Shown here: positions 48,078 to 59,861 of the stretch, in pieces
Numbering within the stretch: the first letter of the stretch is position 1
Layout: each line of letters opens with the position of its first letter
DNA from: Gordius albopunctatus
Taxonomy: Eukaryota
NCBI GenBank assembly: GCA_964276515.1
Contig: OZ193910.1
Coordinates: forward strand, 1,984,001-2,048,000
DNA: 64,000 nucleotides
Direction: 5' to 3'
Program-made: the position numbers and the translations under genes
The notes under the pieces: model-generated
What the model saw: the letters and a program-made list of their open reading frames with translations, nothing else
What the model was told of the DNA's origin: nothing
Database searches by the model: none

Positions 48078-48280
48078 TAGAGTTGTTATATTGCTAACTT
48101 TCTTCAACTCCAGCTACCATCTGCTCGAGTTTCGGCTCGGCCCTCGAGCATTTTTTTATGCTACTGCTCTGCCTAGTGCACCAAGCAGCGAGCACATATT
48201 GTGCTAACGCGCATATTAAGTAACTCATTGTGCGTGCTCGCGTCTGGAGTTTGAAGAAAGTTAGCAATTTAACAACTCTA
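48078..48280. mobile_element. 203-bp hAT-type MITE nested in the TIR of a GC-ended MITE (~48066-48447)
   Basis: ~36-bp TIRs TAGAGTTGTTA(T/A)ATTGCTAACTTTCTTCAA; perfect TSD GTCTTAGC at 48070-48077 and 48281-48288. Confidence 0.9.
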
Positions 48281-51200
48281 GTCTTAGCCAGGATTGTAAC
48301 TAGACGAGGGGGAGTAATAATGTTTCAGGGAGGAGCAAGCAAATTCATATTTTTCCAAATAAGCCATAATTTTATTAAAATTTAAGACAAATTGGCTTGT
48401 AAGGGGGCAACCGCCCCGCCCTCCGCCACCACCTGACTAACCCCATGATGAGCCCGTACCTTTTAATTTCCTGAATTAGCTAAATTAAACAAATATAACG
48501 CGGATATTAGAAGTTATAGCTAGTTACTGTTTTTAACAAGTTGGAAAAATTTGGGCCCGGTCCGCAGCGGGTTGATTCAAATATAATTTTGCAAAAATTG
48601 GATTTTGATACCTCTTAGTCCCTTTGTAATTTTTATTTTAAATGATGACATGCCTTTTAAAATGTATCGATAAAAAATCGTGAAGTTATATAGTTTTTAT
48701 GGTGAGCTTTATGAAATTTAAATTGGAATTTACAAGGTGGTTATATAAAACATTTGGGCGAAATTTTATCTCGCTATGGAATCATATTTATTTACTCGTT
48801 AATTTAATTTTGTAGGTTTAAAGTAAATATTCCCTCTTTTTTAAAAGGGCTAATATAAAATTTTAAATATAATTAGTTTATTGGTTTAGTTTTCCCGTAA
48901 TATTTCTACTCATTTTGCAATTGAATTCCGCGGAAAATGTCAAGCCAACAATGGGCTTAGACGGGGGGGGGGGGGCAAGGAGGGGCGGATGTCCCCCCCC
49001 CCATCTGAACCCAAAAATTTGTTGCAATTTTGTTAGCCATAATTTTAATAAGTTTTAACAAATTTTTGGATATTCCTAAGCTCTTGATAAAAATTAATAT
49101 TTTTTGCATTTATTATGACTGATTGAATTACTCTAAATTAATAAGAGCATACATTTGTTTACTTTGAAAACCTAATAAAATTATATTCTCATTAATATTT
49201 TATTAAAATCCGATTACATGTATATGTGTACATAACTAGTCTATTAACCTTAATTACATACATTAATTTTGGAGTGAATAATGATTAAAATGTTACATTT
49301 TATCAATAAATATATTAATTATCTATTTAATATCTCTATAATAATTATGAAAATATTAGTTAAAAGTTTGCTAACTTATTCTAAAATATTTTTTTAAATG
49401 AAAAAAGGTATGGTAAAAATGATTGCAAAATGATTAAATTTACACACCTAATATGTACATCATATATAGGATTATGTATTAATAAATCAAACTTGATTGC
49501 TTTAAACTCTTGCGTTGACTTTTCTTTGAATGATTAATAAAATCGATCAAAAACAAGACGTTTTAATTAATTTTTTGTTTTAATCTTTCGGAATTAAGAC
49601 TTTCAACTAGATGTGTCACTAAATTTCATTTTTTTACACTTTAACGGTTTAGTTGTGAATTTCTTAATGCTTAAGAGGTTTTCCCCCATACTATGACCAC
49701 TAAAATGGGGCTTAATAATTTGTTAAGGTTTTGTAAATTTAATATTTATTCCAAATATTATTTACCTGAATTAATAAAGAACTAAAAAATATTTGAACAC
49801 TAATTTAACATTTTTATGTTATTATTGGAATTAAGCTTATCGGCTTGGATAAAAATGAATTGATCTTGGCAAACATATCATAATTTAAATTTCGTACGAA
49901 TTTGTAATCTAAACTATTAATACCATTTTAACCTTATAAATATGTAGATTTCATTTCATTTCCAAAACGTTATTATATTCGCTTACATAAATTTAATAAA
50001 ATCAAGCATTAAATTCATTTTTTTGTATAATGTATTAATAAATTAAACAGTTAATATTATAATTTTATATAGAGCATTAGCTAATGTTTATTAATATTAT
50101 GTAATCCTTTTGACATGCTGTTCATCCTTTCGTCATTTAAAAAATTTAGCAGACACTTCATATATGTTAGTTAAATATCAAATATAATATTGTTTTCCAA
50201 TAGTAAAAAATTGCATAGCAAATAAAATAAATTTAATCAAAAAATACAAAAACATGCAAGTAACTTATATATATACTAGAAATTAGTTATATACATAGTA
50301 TTCTGTAATTTATTATAATTAATAATATCCAAATTTTTAGTGGTCAAAAGAATACATTATATAAAATGATATATTAACAAAGCTTAGTTTAAAGTAAATT
50401 CAGTATTTTAACTTGTTGATTTATAATTGCATTTGTGCTATAAGAAAAAAAGAAATATTATAAAGTGTTAATAAGATTCACCATATAAATTAAAGCAGCT
50501 TTTAAAGTGACATTTTGAAAATGCCTAAGCATCCATGTATTTTATGACTATAACCATAAATCAAATGTAACCCGTTAGCACTATAGGCTAACCATAAAAA
50601 TAATCAATAAATATATTAAAGTTTTAAGAATTGAAATTTAATACTTATATTCAGATTATTGTAAAAACAAATTTATTGAGATTAATTTAATAATCATTAA
50701 TAATAATGAATTTAATAGATTTGAGATAGATTTTGAAACATTATTGATTATTTTTAATTTTATTAAAAAGTTCAAAATAGTATTTCAAATTAATATAACA
50801 CATTTATTTGCATTAGTTTTATTTTACAGATATTGCATATATATAAATCCTCAGGGATTCAACTTTCGTTAGTTCATTGTAGAGATTTGATTTTGAATTA
50901 TATAAAGTAAAGCTAGTAAAATAATTAGTTTTTATTTTTTTTCTTCAAAATCCTTCTATAATAAATCAAGTTTTAAAGGGACTAATGAAGGTTAAAATAG
51001 GTTTTTATGAAATTTTTGCTTATTTTTTTTTAATTTTAAGGTATTTCATATAGGTTTTTATAGAATAAAAATTTAATTTAGGTATAGTAACTAGAATTTA
51101 TTAGAAATTATATAAGTTTTTTTCCATGTTTGCTGTTTTTATAAAAAAAATCCAATAGTTTGCTTGCACGAATGCTTTACCCGATTTCTGACCTATTAGA

Positions 51201-51778
51201 CCAACTAAATTATTCATATCTTAAAAGGCAATATAGACGCACTTATGTCACTTAATCATTCTCTAATAGTGGAGGCTTATTTATTAATATGGTGTTATTT
51301 TGGAAAAAACAATATTGAACGTACAAAGTGGTTGATTAATTTTATGCTCTGGCTACTCTTATATTTACAAATTCACCTTGTGTTAATATTAATGACTACT
51401 TTAACAAGCAGCAGCTTCTCACGACAAATTTAAAATTCGAAAATTAAGAAATTGCGCTTAATTTATTTATATATTTTTTAATTTTTATTTTTAGCTAAAT
51501 TTGATAGTTAATGAAACTAAATTGGACATTTAGAGATGAATCTTTTAATAAGACAAGTATCGATTAGTGTTTTTAAGCCTTTAATCTCACTTAGTCTAAA
51601 AGTAAATAACGAGTTTAAAAAAAGATAATTTAAAATTTCCGCAAAAAACTATTTTTTAGATATGGAGCCATTCTAAAATATAGTTATTCCGGAAATTTTA
51701 AAGATGGCTGATTTATAGATCTCATGTAAAGTCTCCAGCTTTATTTTTGAGCCTTGAAGCAACTATTTTAAGTCAATA

Positions 51779-54700
51779 TTCTTCTTTATCGTGTTGAAAA
51801 TCCCACAGACGTGGGGTACGTTTTCAGCAGCCTCTTCCATCTGAGTCGTGTGAATGCCATGCCAATTTCCATCTGTTTGACGTCCATATCCTTTTCGACC
51901 AGTCGTTTCCAGGTGGCACGTGGTCTGCCCCTTCCTCTTCTTCCAGGCACGTCCATCTCCAGCGTTCGGCGTGTGACATCGTCTTCGTCTCTTCGTAATA
52001 CATGGCCGTACCACCGCAGTCGATTTTCTCTTAAGAAGTCCTTCGTCGCTTCTATACCCATCTTTGTCATCAAGGATTCGTTCGTCATGCGATCCAGCTT
52101 GGTGTAGCCTAAGCTCCATCGCACCATTCTCATTTCCGTGACTTGCAAGAGTTTCTCCTCCGCGATGGTTACAGCCCATGTTTCGCTCCCGTAAAGCAAG
52201 ACCGGTCGCACGATGGTTTTGTACGCCTTGCTTTTCAACCAAATTGGTATCTTTTTGTCATACATGACACCGGAGATGCTGCGCCACTTGAGCCATGCTT
52301 TCTTGATCCGAGAATGGACTTCGGTGGTACATCCTCCCTCTTGATGTAATAGCGAGCCAAGATATGTGAACTTATCAACCTCCGTGTACCTTGGACCGTC
52401 AATTTTGTGCATTTGCGGACTACCGCCCATCGTTTGCATGTAAACCGTTTTCTTCTCGCTGACCTTTAACCCGAATTCCGAGAAACGTTCTGACCATTTT
52501 TTCGCCTGATGAAAAACCCCTTCTCTTGTTTCATCGCATAGGACAATATCGTCGGCATATAGCATAGTCCAAGGGGCTGGCTTGTGCAAGTCCTTTGTTA
52601 TTGTATCCATAATTAGATTAAACAAGAATGGGCTTAACGCTGATCCTTGATGTAGTCCGATCATTATTCGGAAGGGTTTCGTTACTCCTACGGTAGTCCT
52701 AACAGATGCAACCGCGCCATTATACATTTCCTTGATAAGTCGAACATATCCTTCGGGTATATTTCTGGCTCTAAGGGACCACCATATTAAGTCTCTCGGA
52801 ACCGTATCGTAGGCCTTTTCTAAATCGATGAAGACCATGTGTAATTTCTTTCTTATGTCGCCATATTTTTCCATCGTCTGCTTCAACGCAAAGATTGGGT
52901 CCATTGGGCGAGAGACAAACTTCGTCATTGAGCCTTTTTACTAGCACCCTTTCTAGTAGTTTTAGTGAGTGGCAGGTCAATTTGATACCTCTAAAGTTGC
53001 CACATTCCTGCGCGTCTGTTTTACCTTTGTATATGGGTATGATCGTACTTTCCCTCCATTGGTCAGGGATACGACTCTCATACAGCATAGCGTTAAATAG
53101 GCCTGTAATTATGTCGATTCCTTCTCCTTTGCACCCAAGCCAAGCTTCGATCGGTAGATCATCGGGACCTAGCGCTTTCCCTTTCCGCATCTTCGTTAGT
53201 TGCGCTCCTATTTCATAAGCCTGAAATGGTAAAACCAAGTTAGAGTTCGGTTCCACCCTCTCTAGCGGTCTTCTATCATTCGTTTTGTTCATCATATTTT
53301 GGAAATAATCTTTCCATCTTTTGATGACTTCCTTCGGTTTGCACAACGTTCGTCCCTCTTTGCTTTTAATGACTTTAAGTGTCCCGACATCTCGATTTTT
53401 TTCTCCCTGATCTTTGCGAGTTTATACATGACTATGTCGCCGCCCTTGGTATCGAGCTTGTTTTCCATCTCGGTGTAAGCCTCGTTCTTCGCTATCACGA
53501 CCGCTATCTTAGCATTGCGTTTCGCTTCACGATATACCTCATAGTCTTCTCCTTTCTTCGTTTTGTACCATCGTAGGTACAACACCTTCTTTTCTTCTAT
53601 AACCTCTTTGACCGAGTCATTCCACCATCATAGTTCACGCTTGTGAGCTCTGCCGCCCTTAGTTCGTCCCAATATTTGAAAGGCCGTTTCCTTTAGAACG
53701 TTTGCAACGGTGCCCCACCTTTTGTTAATTTCGCCCTCCAAGCCTGCAACCTTCAAGAGCGGAGTTGCTCGAGCGTGAAAAATTTCATTTGCACGATCAT
53801 CCTTGAGCTTTTCGTACTTAGTCCTTAGTGTGTAGACTTTTCTCCTTACGGGAAAAATCTTTCTTGCTATATCGAGGACAACTGGCCGATGTTGTTTGGC
53901 GATTTCTTCCCCCGGTATAACCTTGCAACCTTTAACTTGCCACAAATTTTTGCGCTTCACTAATATGTAGTCGACCTATGTAAGGTGATTTCCACTACTG
54001 TACGTCGCTAAATGTTCGGTACGCTTCTGAAAGAAGGTATTCCATATCGTAAGCTTGCGCCATCTGTAGTAACTTCTCTCCCTCTTTATTTTTCACTCCA
54101 TAGCCATGCCCGCCGTGATTTCGTTCGTACACGCCCCTTTCTTTCCCAACGTGCCCATTAAAGTCTGCTCCGATGATGAGATTCTCGTCAGGCTTCACGT
54201 AGCGTATTTCTTCTTCGAGCTTCTCATAGAATTCGTCCTTCTCGTTTTCGGAACATCCAACCTGGGGCGAATACGCACAAATAACATTGACAAGGCCGCC
54301 TTGATCCGCCAGCTTTATGCACATCAATCTATCTGAGCATCGTTTGACTTCGACTACCTTGTCCTTAAAAGGAATCGCTAAGCACTATACCGACCCCGTT
54401 CTTCCGTGATGGGAACCCGAGTAGTATAGCTTGTTACCATCTCCTATCTCCCTGGCTTTTGTTCCATGCCACCGCGTTTCTTGTAGACACGCTATGTGTA
54501 TCCTTCGCCTTTTTAGCATCTGCGCAACCTCGATGCTCTTCCCCGTCAGCGTGCCCACATTCCAGCTAGCCACTCTTGTCCGTTCGACAACTAAGTTGCT
54601 TAACCGCCTTCGTTGTGAGTGAGGCGGTGACCCTTGTATACTTTTCACATTGCACGGGAGGATGATGCAATGCGCGTAGTTTGGGGAGGACGCCCTAGCA

Positions 54701-54824
54701 TTCTGGTATAAGTTCGTATTTGAAGCTGCCATGGTGTTTGGAGTTGCTTTTTACAGCCGGCTTCCGACCTGACGCCAACCCTCCACTTTTTTCACACGGA
54801 CTTGGGACCGTCGTTGGTAGTGTT
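51779..54824 (-). mobile_element. Full-length RTE-clade LINE (AP endonuclease + RT), inactivated by frameshifts and stops
   Basis: APE: RVASWNVGTL, CLQETRW, IIGADFNGHVG; RT: FIDLEKAYD, GLHQGSALSP, LYADD; 3' tail TAAAGAAGAA; perfect 18-bp TSD AACTATTTTAAGTCAATA at 51761-51778 and 54825-54842. Confidence 0.96.
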
Positions 54825-56830
54825 AACTATTTTAAGTCAATAAGAACTAAAATAGAAGTAACTTAAAACTTATTGGGTTTAAAAATATAAAGGGTATTGA
54901 TAAATAAGTATTAAACATCTAAGTAACTTTGATCTATGAAAATAGGTATATATTGTAGATAAAAGCATGATAAAAGTATGATAAAAGTGAAGAATCAATT
55001 TATGATTTGCCAACTCTTGGCCTATTTTAGAAGATAATGATACAGATTTTTGTATTTACCAATATGACTTTTTTTTGTATTACGCTTATAGATGTAACTT
55101 TGTTTTCGTGAAAATAAACTTTTTAACCAAAAAAATTATCATTCACAAATTGGCAAAGTTTTTTAAGATGGTATTTTTTAGTTTCGCCATTAATTTTGAT
55201 TATTTTTACATCTAAACATTTCTAAAGCCATTTTAAAGTACCCATGCCCTATATCGTACTCTCCTCTCGTTTTCCTACATGTATTTATGCATGTGCATAG
55301 CCAGCATTAGAATTAGAGGGGGGCTAATGATTTGGGTGGGGGCAAAATGATCCTTTTTCGAAAGTTTATTCATAATTTTAATAAATTTCAACAATTTTTT
55401 TTAACTAAGCCTCCTTGGCTACGGCCATGATTATTAATATATAATTCTATAGCCACTTATCCACACTTAAAATATTTTACTCATCAGGGTGTTCTGTAGA
55501 TAAAGAATATAAGCTTCATATCCTGGGTTCAGTTTACACATAAGGACATGACTTAAATTGGATTATTCTGGGCAGCGAAAATCGTCATACGAGTTATAAC
55601 ATAGACGTGTCTTAACTTCGAATTCATAAAAGCAGATTTACATTTCAGACGCATCATAACATAACAGCGATTTTGTAAGATGCAAAAAGTTTCCTAAGCT
55701 TAAATGTTGTATCTTTTTAAATTTTTAGGTATCATCAACGTTTAGATTTAATCTCGAGAGTTGGAATAAATAAAAAAACGTTTTTAATTATTATAAAACA
55801 AAATATTAATAATTCCAACCGAGTTCGATCCATGAAATTGAATAGGATATTTAGACAAATATAAATTCGCGCAATTTGAATCTGAATCCCATATTAAGAC
55901 TATTAAGACAAGCACTAACAGCTTTGACTTTCTCTTCCGAGATCCCATCGGCTGAGTCAAAATGCCTATTTTGACATAGCTCTTAATTAAGTATTTTTTA
56001 TTAGACGGCCAATTTAGTTTTTTAGGGTATGAATTGCAGCATTTCCTTTCTTATTCTCTCCCTTATACAACTGCAATTCCCAGTTCTTTTGAAACCATTT
56101 TGAAACAATACTTATCCTCGCTATTGCTTCCTGCTCTCTTGCAAATTGGACTCTAATCCTTGAGCCATCCCTCCGATCATTCTCATATTGTCATAGTAGA
56201 GCCCAAGCGTTTTGCTAATTTTTACACGAACCATTCTCCTAAAACATCTCATAATGTGAGAATTGCTACACAATATCTTTTAGCTTTTACATTTTAGTGC
56301 AACAGCTATTTTTTCTATCTTCCAACCTTTAACGTTCCTATAGGTAGGCCTATATATCGATGAGTGTTACATCTCCATTACTGAAGCTTTAAAAAGCATC
56401 GTCTCGACCAAACTAATTCAAAACACGGATGAGGCTTATAGTGCTATAAAATTTTATTGTAGGCATTGCTAAAAGTTTGCTTGAAGATTTTCGTAGATTC
56501 AAAATTTCTCTTTCACCCGCATTACTAAAGCCTTAACTGCGACGACCGTGATTTATTTTATACTTACCTTTTAAGTGATTTTAATAACACTCTGCATATT
56601 TGCTCACTATACGATACTGACTCCCAAACTTCGATAGATTCTATGTAATGCTACAAAATTAATGGATTTAAAATAGTGGATTATAAAACCATAATATTTT
56701 ATTAGTGTTGACAATAATATAATTGGAAAAATTTAATATTAGATCTGCTGAGGTGTATTGACTATAAAGTTAAACTAAAAATCAAAGTTAATATGTTCCA
56801 CTATTACAGACATGTGTGCACGCTTGTGGA

Positions 56831-56980
56831 CCTGGGCGTAACCATGTTTTGGATTGGGGGGGGGGGCGAAACTTTCACAAGTTCAATTAGGGGAGGGGGA
56901 AAACATAAAATTTTTAATTTTCAAGGCTTTTTGCATAAAATTTTTTTTTTCGCCATTTAGGCCCCTTGGCTATGCCCGTG
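56831..56980. mobile_element. GC-ended MITE
   Basis: Termini CCTGGGCGTAACCA / TGGCTATGCCCGTG; perfect TSD CTTGTGGA at 56823-56830 and 56981-56988. Confidence 0.85.
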
Positions 56981-59002
56981 CTTGTGGATTATTATATTTT
57001 CTTAATTTATAATGTAGTTATCGAATATTAAAAATACATATTGGGGGACAATAATGATTTAAGGAAAAGCAAAATGAACATTTTCCGAAGATTTAGCCAT
57101 GATTTTAATAAATTTCAACAAATTTTTGGATTTAGAGAGGGGCAACCGCTCCTCCCTGCCCCCCCCGGCTACGCTCATGTAAAGGATCCTTTTTATGGTG
57201 GTGATAAAAGAGAATTAAATGCGATTCATTTTTTAAAATAAAGTTATATAAAAATGATATTTTTTAAAGGGCCATATGAATTACAATTAATTTTTAAATA
57301 TAGATAATAACCATGAGAAGGCATGTTAGTTTGCAGATGTAGCTGTTGTATATATGTTTATTGCAAATATTTTAAAATTATATACATAAATATGCAATAT
57401 TTGCAAAACTTTTCAGGTGAAGCAAGTTGATTATTACTTGATAGGACTTGTTGCAGAGCAATGAAAATCTGTGAATCCTATATCGAAGTATAATACACAT
57501 TCTGATCATATTTCATATAGTTTAGTATTTAGGAAGAATAAAGGAATAAAGTCCGCAAAAAATGAAAAATCCCTAGACAAGTGTTTTATTTAGAAATTTT
57601 ATTGTCAATAGGAAACAACTTACTCGGATCGGGCAATAATGTTCTTATTTTGAAATTTTAGCCATAATTTTATTAAATCTTAACAAATTTTTCATGTTTA
57701 GGAATGACTTTATACGCAACATTTAAATATCTACTTCACTCTTAGTATACATTAGTTAGAATGTATAAATGTCGAAAAGGCGTTTTTACGACCCCATTCC
57801 CATTGTATAAAAAAAGAGGGTATAATATTAAACACGTTTTTTAAACTGATTACAACACTCGGTAAAACAATTTAAGGAATTTTCTGCATAATATTCTAAT
57901 GGATAAAGGTGTGGATTATATTCAAACCCCTAAAAATATCTACCTATTCAATTGCTCGGCATATATTATGTATAATATCTATAAAGTCGCAAAGCAATGT
58001 TGCCTATTTTTAAATTAATTAATGGGCCGGGCCTTACGGGCCAGACTTGGCAGTGGGTCGAAGTTGAAGCGGATGCCAAAAATCGCCGATGGGCCCGGGT
58101 GGCCTGAAAGTTTTTTAAGTGGGTACTGATGGGCCTAAAGTGCACCAAAGAGTTAATGACGGACTAGGGACGACCTTACAATCTGAGAACGGGTACTGGC
58201 GGGCTGAACTTAAAAACACGGCCAGTTGAAGATCTCGAATCATTAGTAAAAGAATACTCTGAGAAGAATTTATTGTTGCCAAATGTTTGTGATAAGATCA
58301 GTTGTCCGAATTTGTATATATTAAAAACTCAATCAATTTGTAGCACATATGATTGGGTATAATTATTTATTAATAAAATCATTTTAAGATTAAAATTTTT
58401 TATATATAATCAGTGTGAGTCAATATTTTAAAATATAAAGACCCAAAATTGTTATTTTTAAGTATTTCAAAATATTCTGATATAGTAATAAGAAAAGAGC
58501 CTCAGAATATGCTTTTCATCAGCTCCTAATAATTTATTATTGAATTTGTTTATGTCCAATCTTGGCTTCGATTAATAACTATTTAGCCAGATCCGCGCCC
58601 AGACGAAATAAATAAAAGGCTAAAATTTGAAACAAGAAATACAAACATGTATAAGGAGGGAAACTATAATAAGACGCTTCAAAAATGTTGGGTTAGTTAA
58701 AAATTTTATCTCTCGGGTTGAGTTGGTCCATCAGGCTCGATTGGAACCCAGAGTTTTTGTCAGGCTAAGGCTGCCCTTTCAGAGCGTTAGTGATTTAAGA
58801 GTCACTTTAGGTATAACCAAATAAACAAACTCAAGTTTTGTAAAACTTATGTGAGATTATATTAGAAACGATTTTTATTCAAAAAAAAGCTCTCCAAAAA
58901 AAGCTGATCAGAAAAAGAGCTAATAAACTATTTTGAGCTGAATAATATATTCTTCGAAATGATGTACTCAAAATATTTATTATATAACTCCAAAATGATA
59001 CA

Positions 59003-59861
59003 AGGTAAAATTATTCGGTAAAATGAATTAATCCAGCTATAATAATTATATTATCTTTTTTCGTCGATACGTTACAATGTCGATAATTCACTTTTATTGT
59101 TATACTACTAATTCCTGCATGGAGAAGTTACAACTCCTTACACCTCATTCTTTCAAATTTAGGGACCACCAGGTCCGTGCTGTCCCGCCCTGGCGTATTT
59201 CCTAATAAGGTCATCTCTTCTTCAGGGCTGACAACGACCTGACTGGTGTCCATTATAACCACTTCCACATTTGCAGACTCCGTCGTCGTCAACGTGACTA
59301 CCGGAGATATCAACACCACCGACGCTACCGATTCTACCGGCGCTACCACCCTTTCCTGCCTTGCTGGCCTGGAAGGGATCCTCTGCCTGCACATCGGCAT
59401 TCGGTGCCAGCTTCTGCATCCCCTGCAAAAGGCTCTAGTTTGCCTTATCGCTGTCGGCTGTACTGCCTGCGGATAACGTGACGAGCTCCTTCTTTCTTCC
59501 GCCCTCGCCACGGGACGTATCTGGCGATTTTGAGGGTTTTGCGTCGTATTCGCTTGGGCTGCGCGCGGGGTCACATTCTGACGCTGCACCCGGCCAACTC
59601 GTCCAGCTAAGCTCCGGGCTTGGCCACGGTGTCTGGGTACCATGTTGCTCTGTCTACCCGCATTAGGTCTAGCTGCTTCCTGACGTGTTGTCCGTCTATG
59701 TCTACCCGCCGCCAAGATAAAATTATTCGGTAAAATGAATTAATCCAACTGTAATAATTATATTATCTTTTTCGTCGATACGTTACAATGTCGATAATTC
59801 ACTTTTATATAATACAAGTTATACTACTAATTCATGCATGGAGAAGTTACAACTCCTTACA
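59003..59861 (-). mobile_element. Miniature LTR element (TRIM-like) with two ~140-bp LTRs, PBS, PPT and one ORF
   Basis: Direct repeats 59003-59142 and 59715-59861, both starting TGTAAGGAG on the minus strand; TGGCGGCGGGTAGA directly after the 5' LTR; GAAAGAATGAGG directly before the 3' LTR. Confidence 0.8.
59128..59643 (-). CDS. Arg-rich protein with a CX2CX3HX4C zinc knuckle (nucleocapsid-like), encoded in the mini-LTR element
   Basis: Frame is open across the whole internal region (59715 to 59128); first in-frame ATG 59643; CRGCRSWHRMPMC at 59389-59427; the stop lies inside the 3' LTR. Confidence 0.5.
   Translation of the reverse strand: MVPRHRGQARSLAGRVGRVQRQNVTPRAAQANTTQNPQNRQIRPVARAEERRSSSRYPQAVQPTAIRQTRAFCRGCRSWHRMPMCRQRIPSRPARQERVVAPVESVASVVLISPVVTLTTTESANVEVVIMDTSQVVVSPEEEMTLLGNTPGRDSTDLVVPKFERMRCKEL

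Noticed and set aside
54745..54824. HDV-like ribozyme in the RTE leader
   Set aside because: A P3/L3-like hairpin is present, but P1, P4 and the catalytic C junction could not be placed.
55900..56660. Possible decayed LINE endonuclease (PSDHSHIV-like motif)
   Set aside because: Too degenerate to assign a clade or boundaries by eye.
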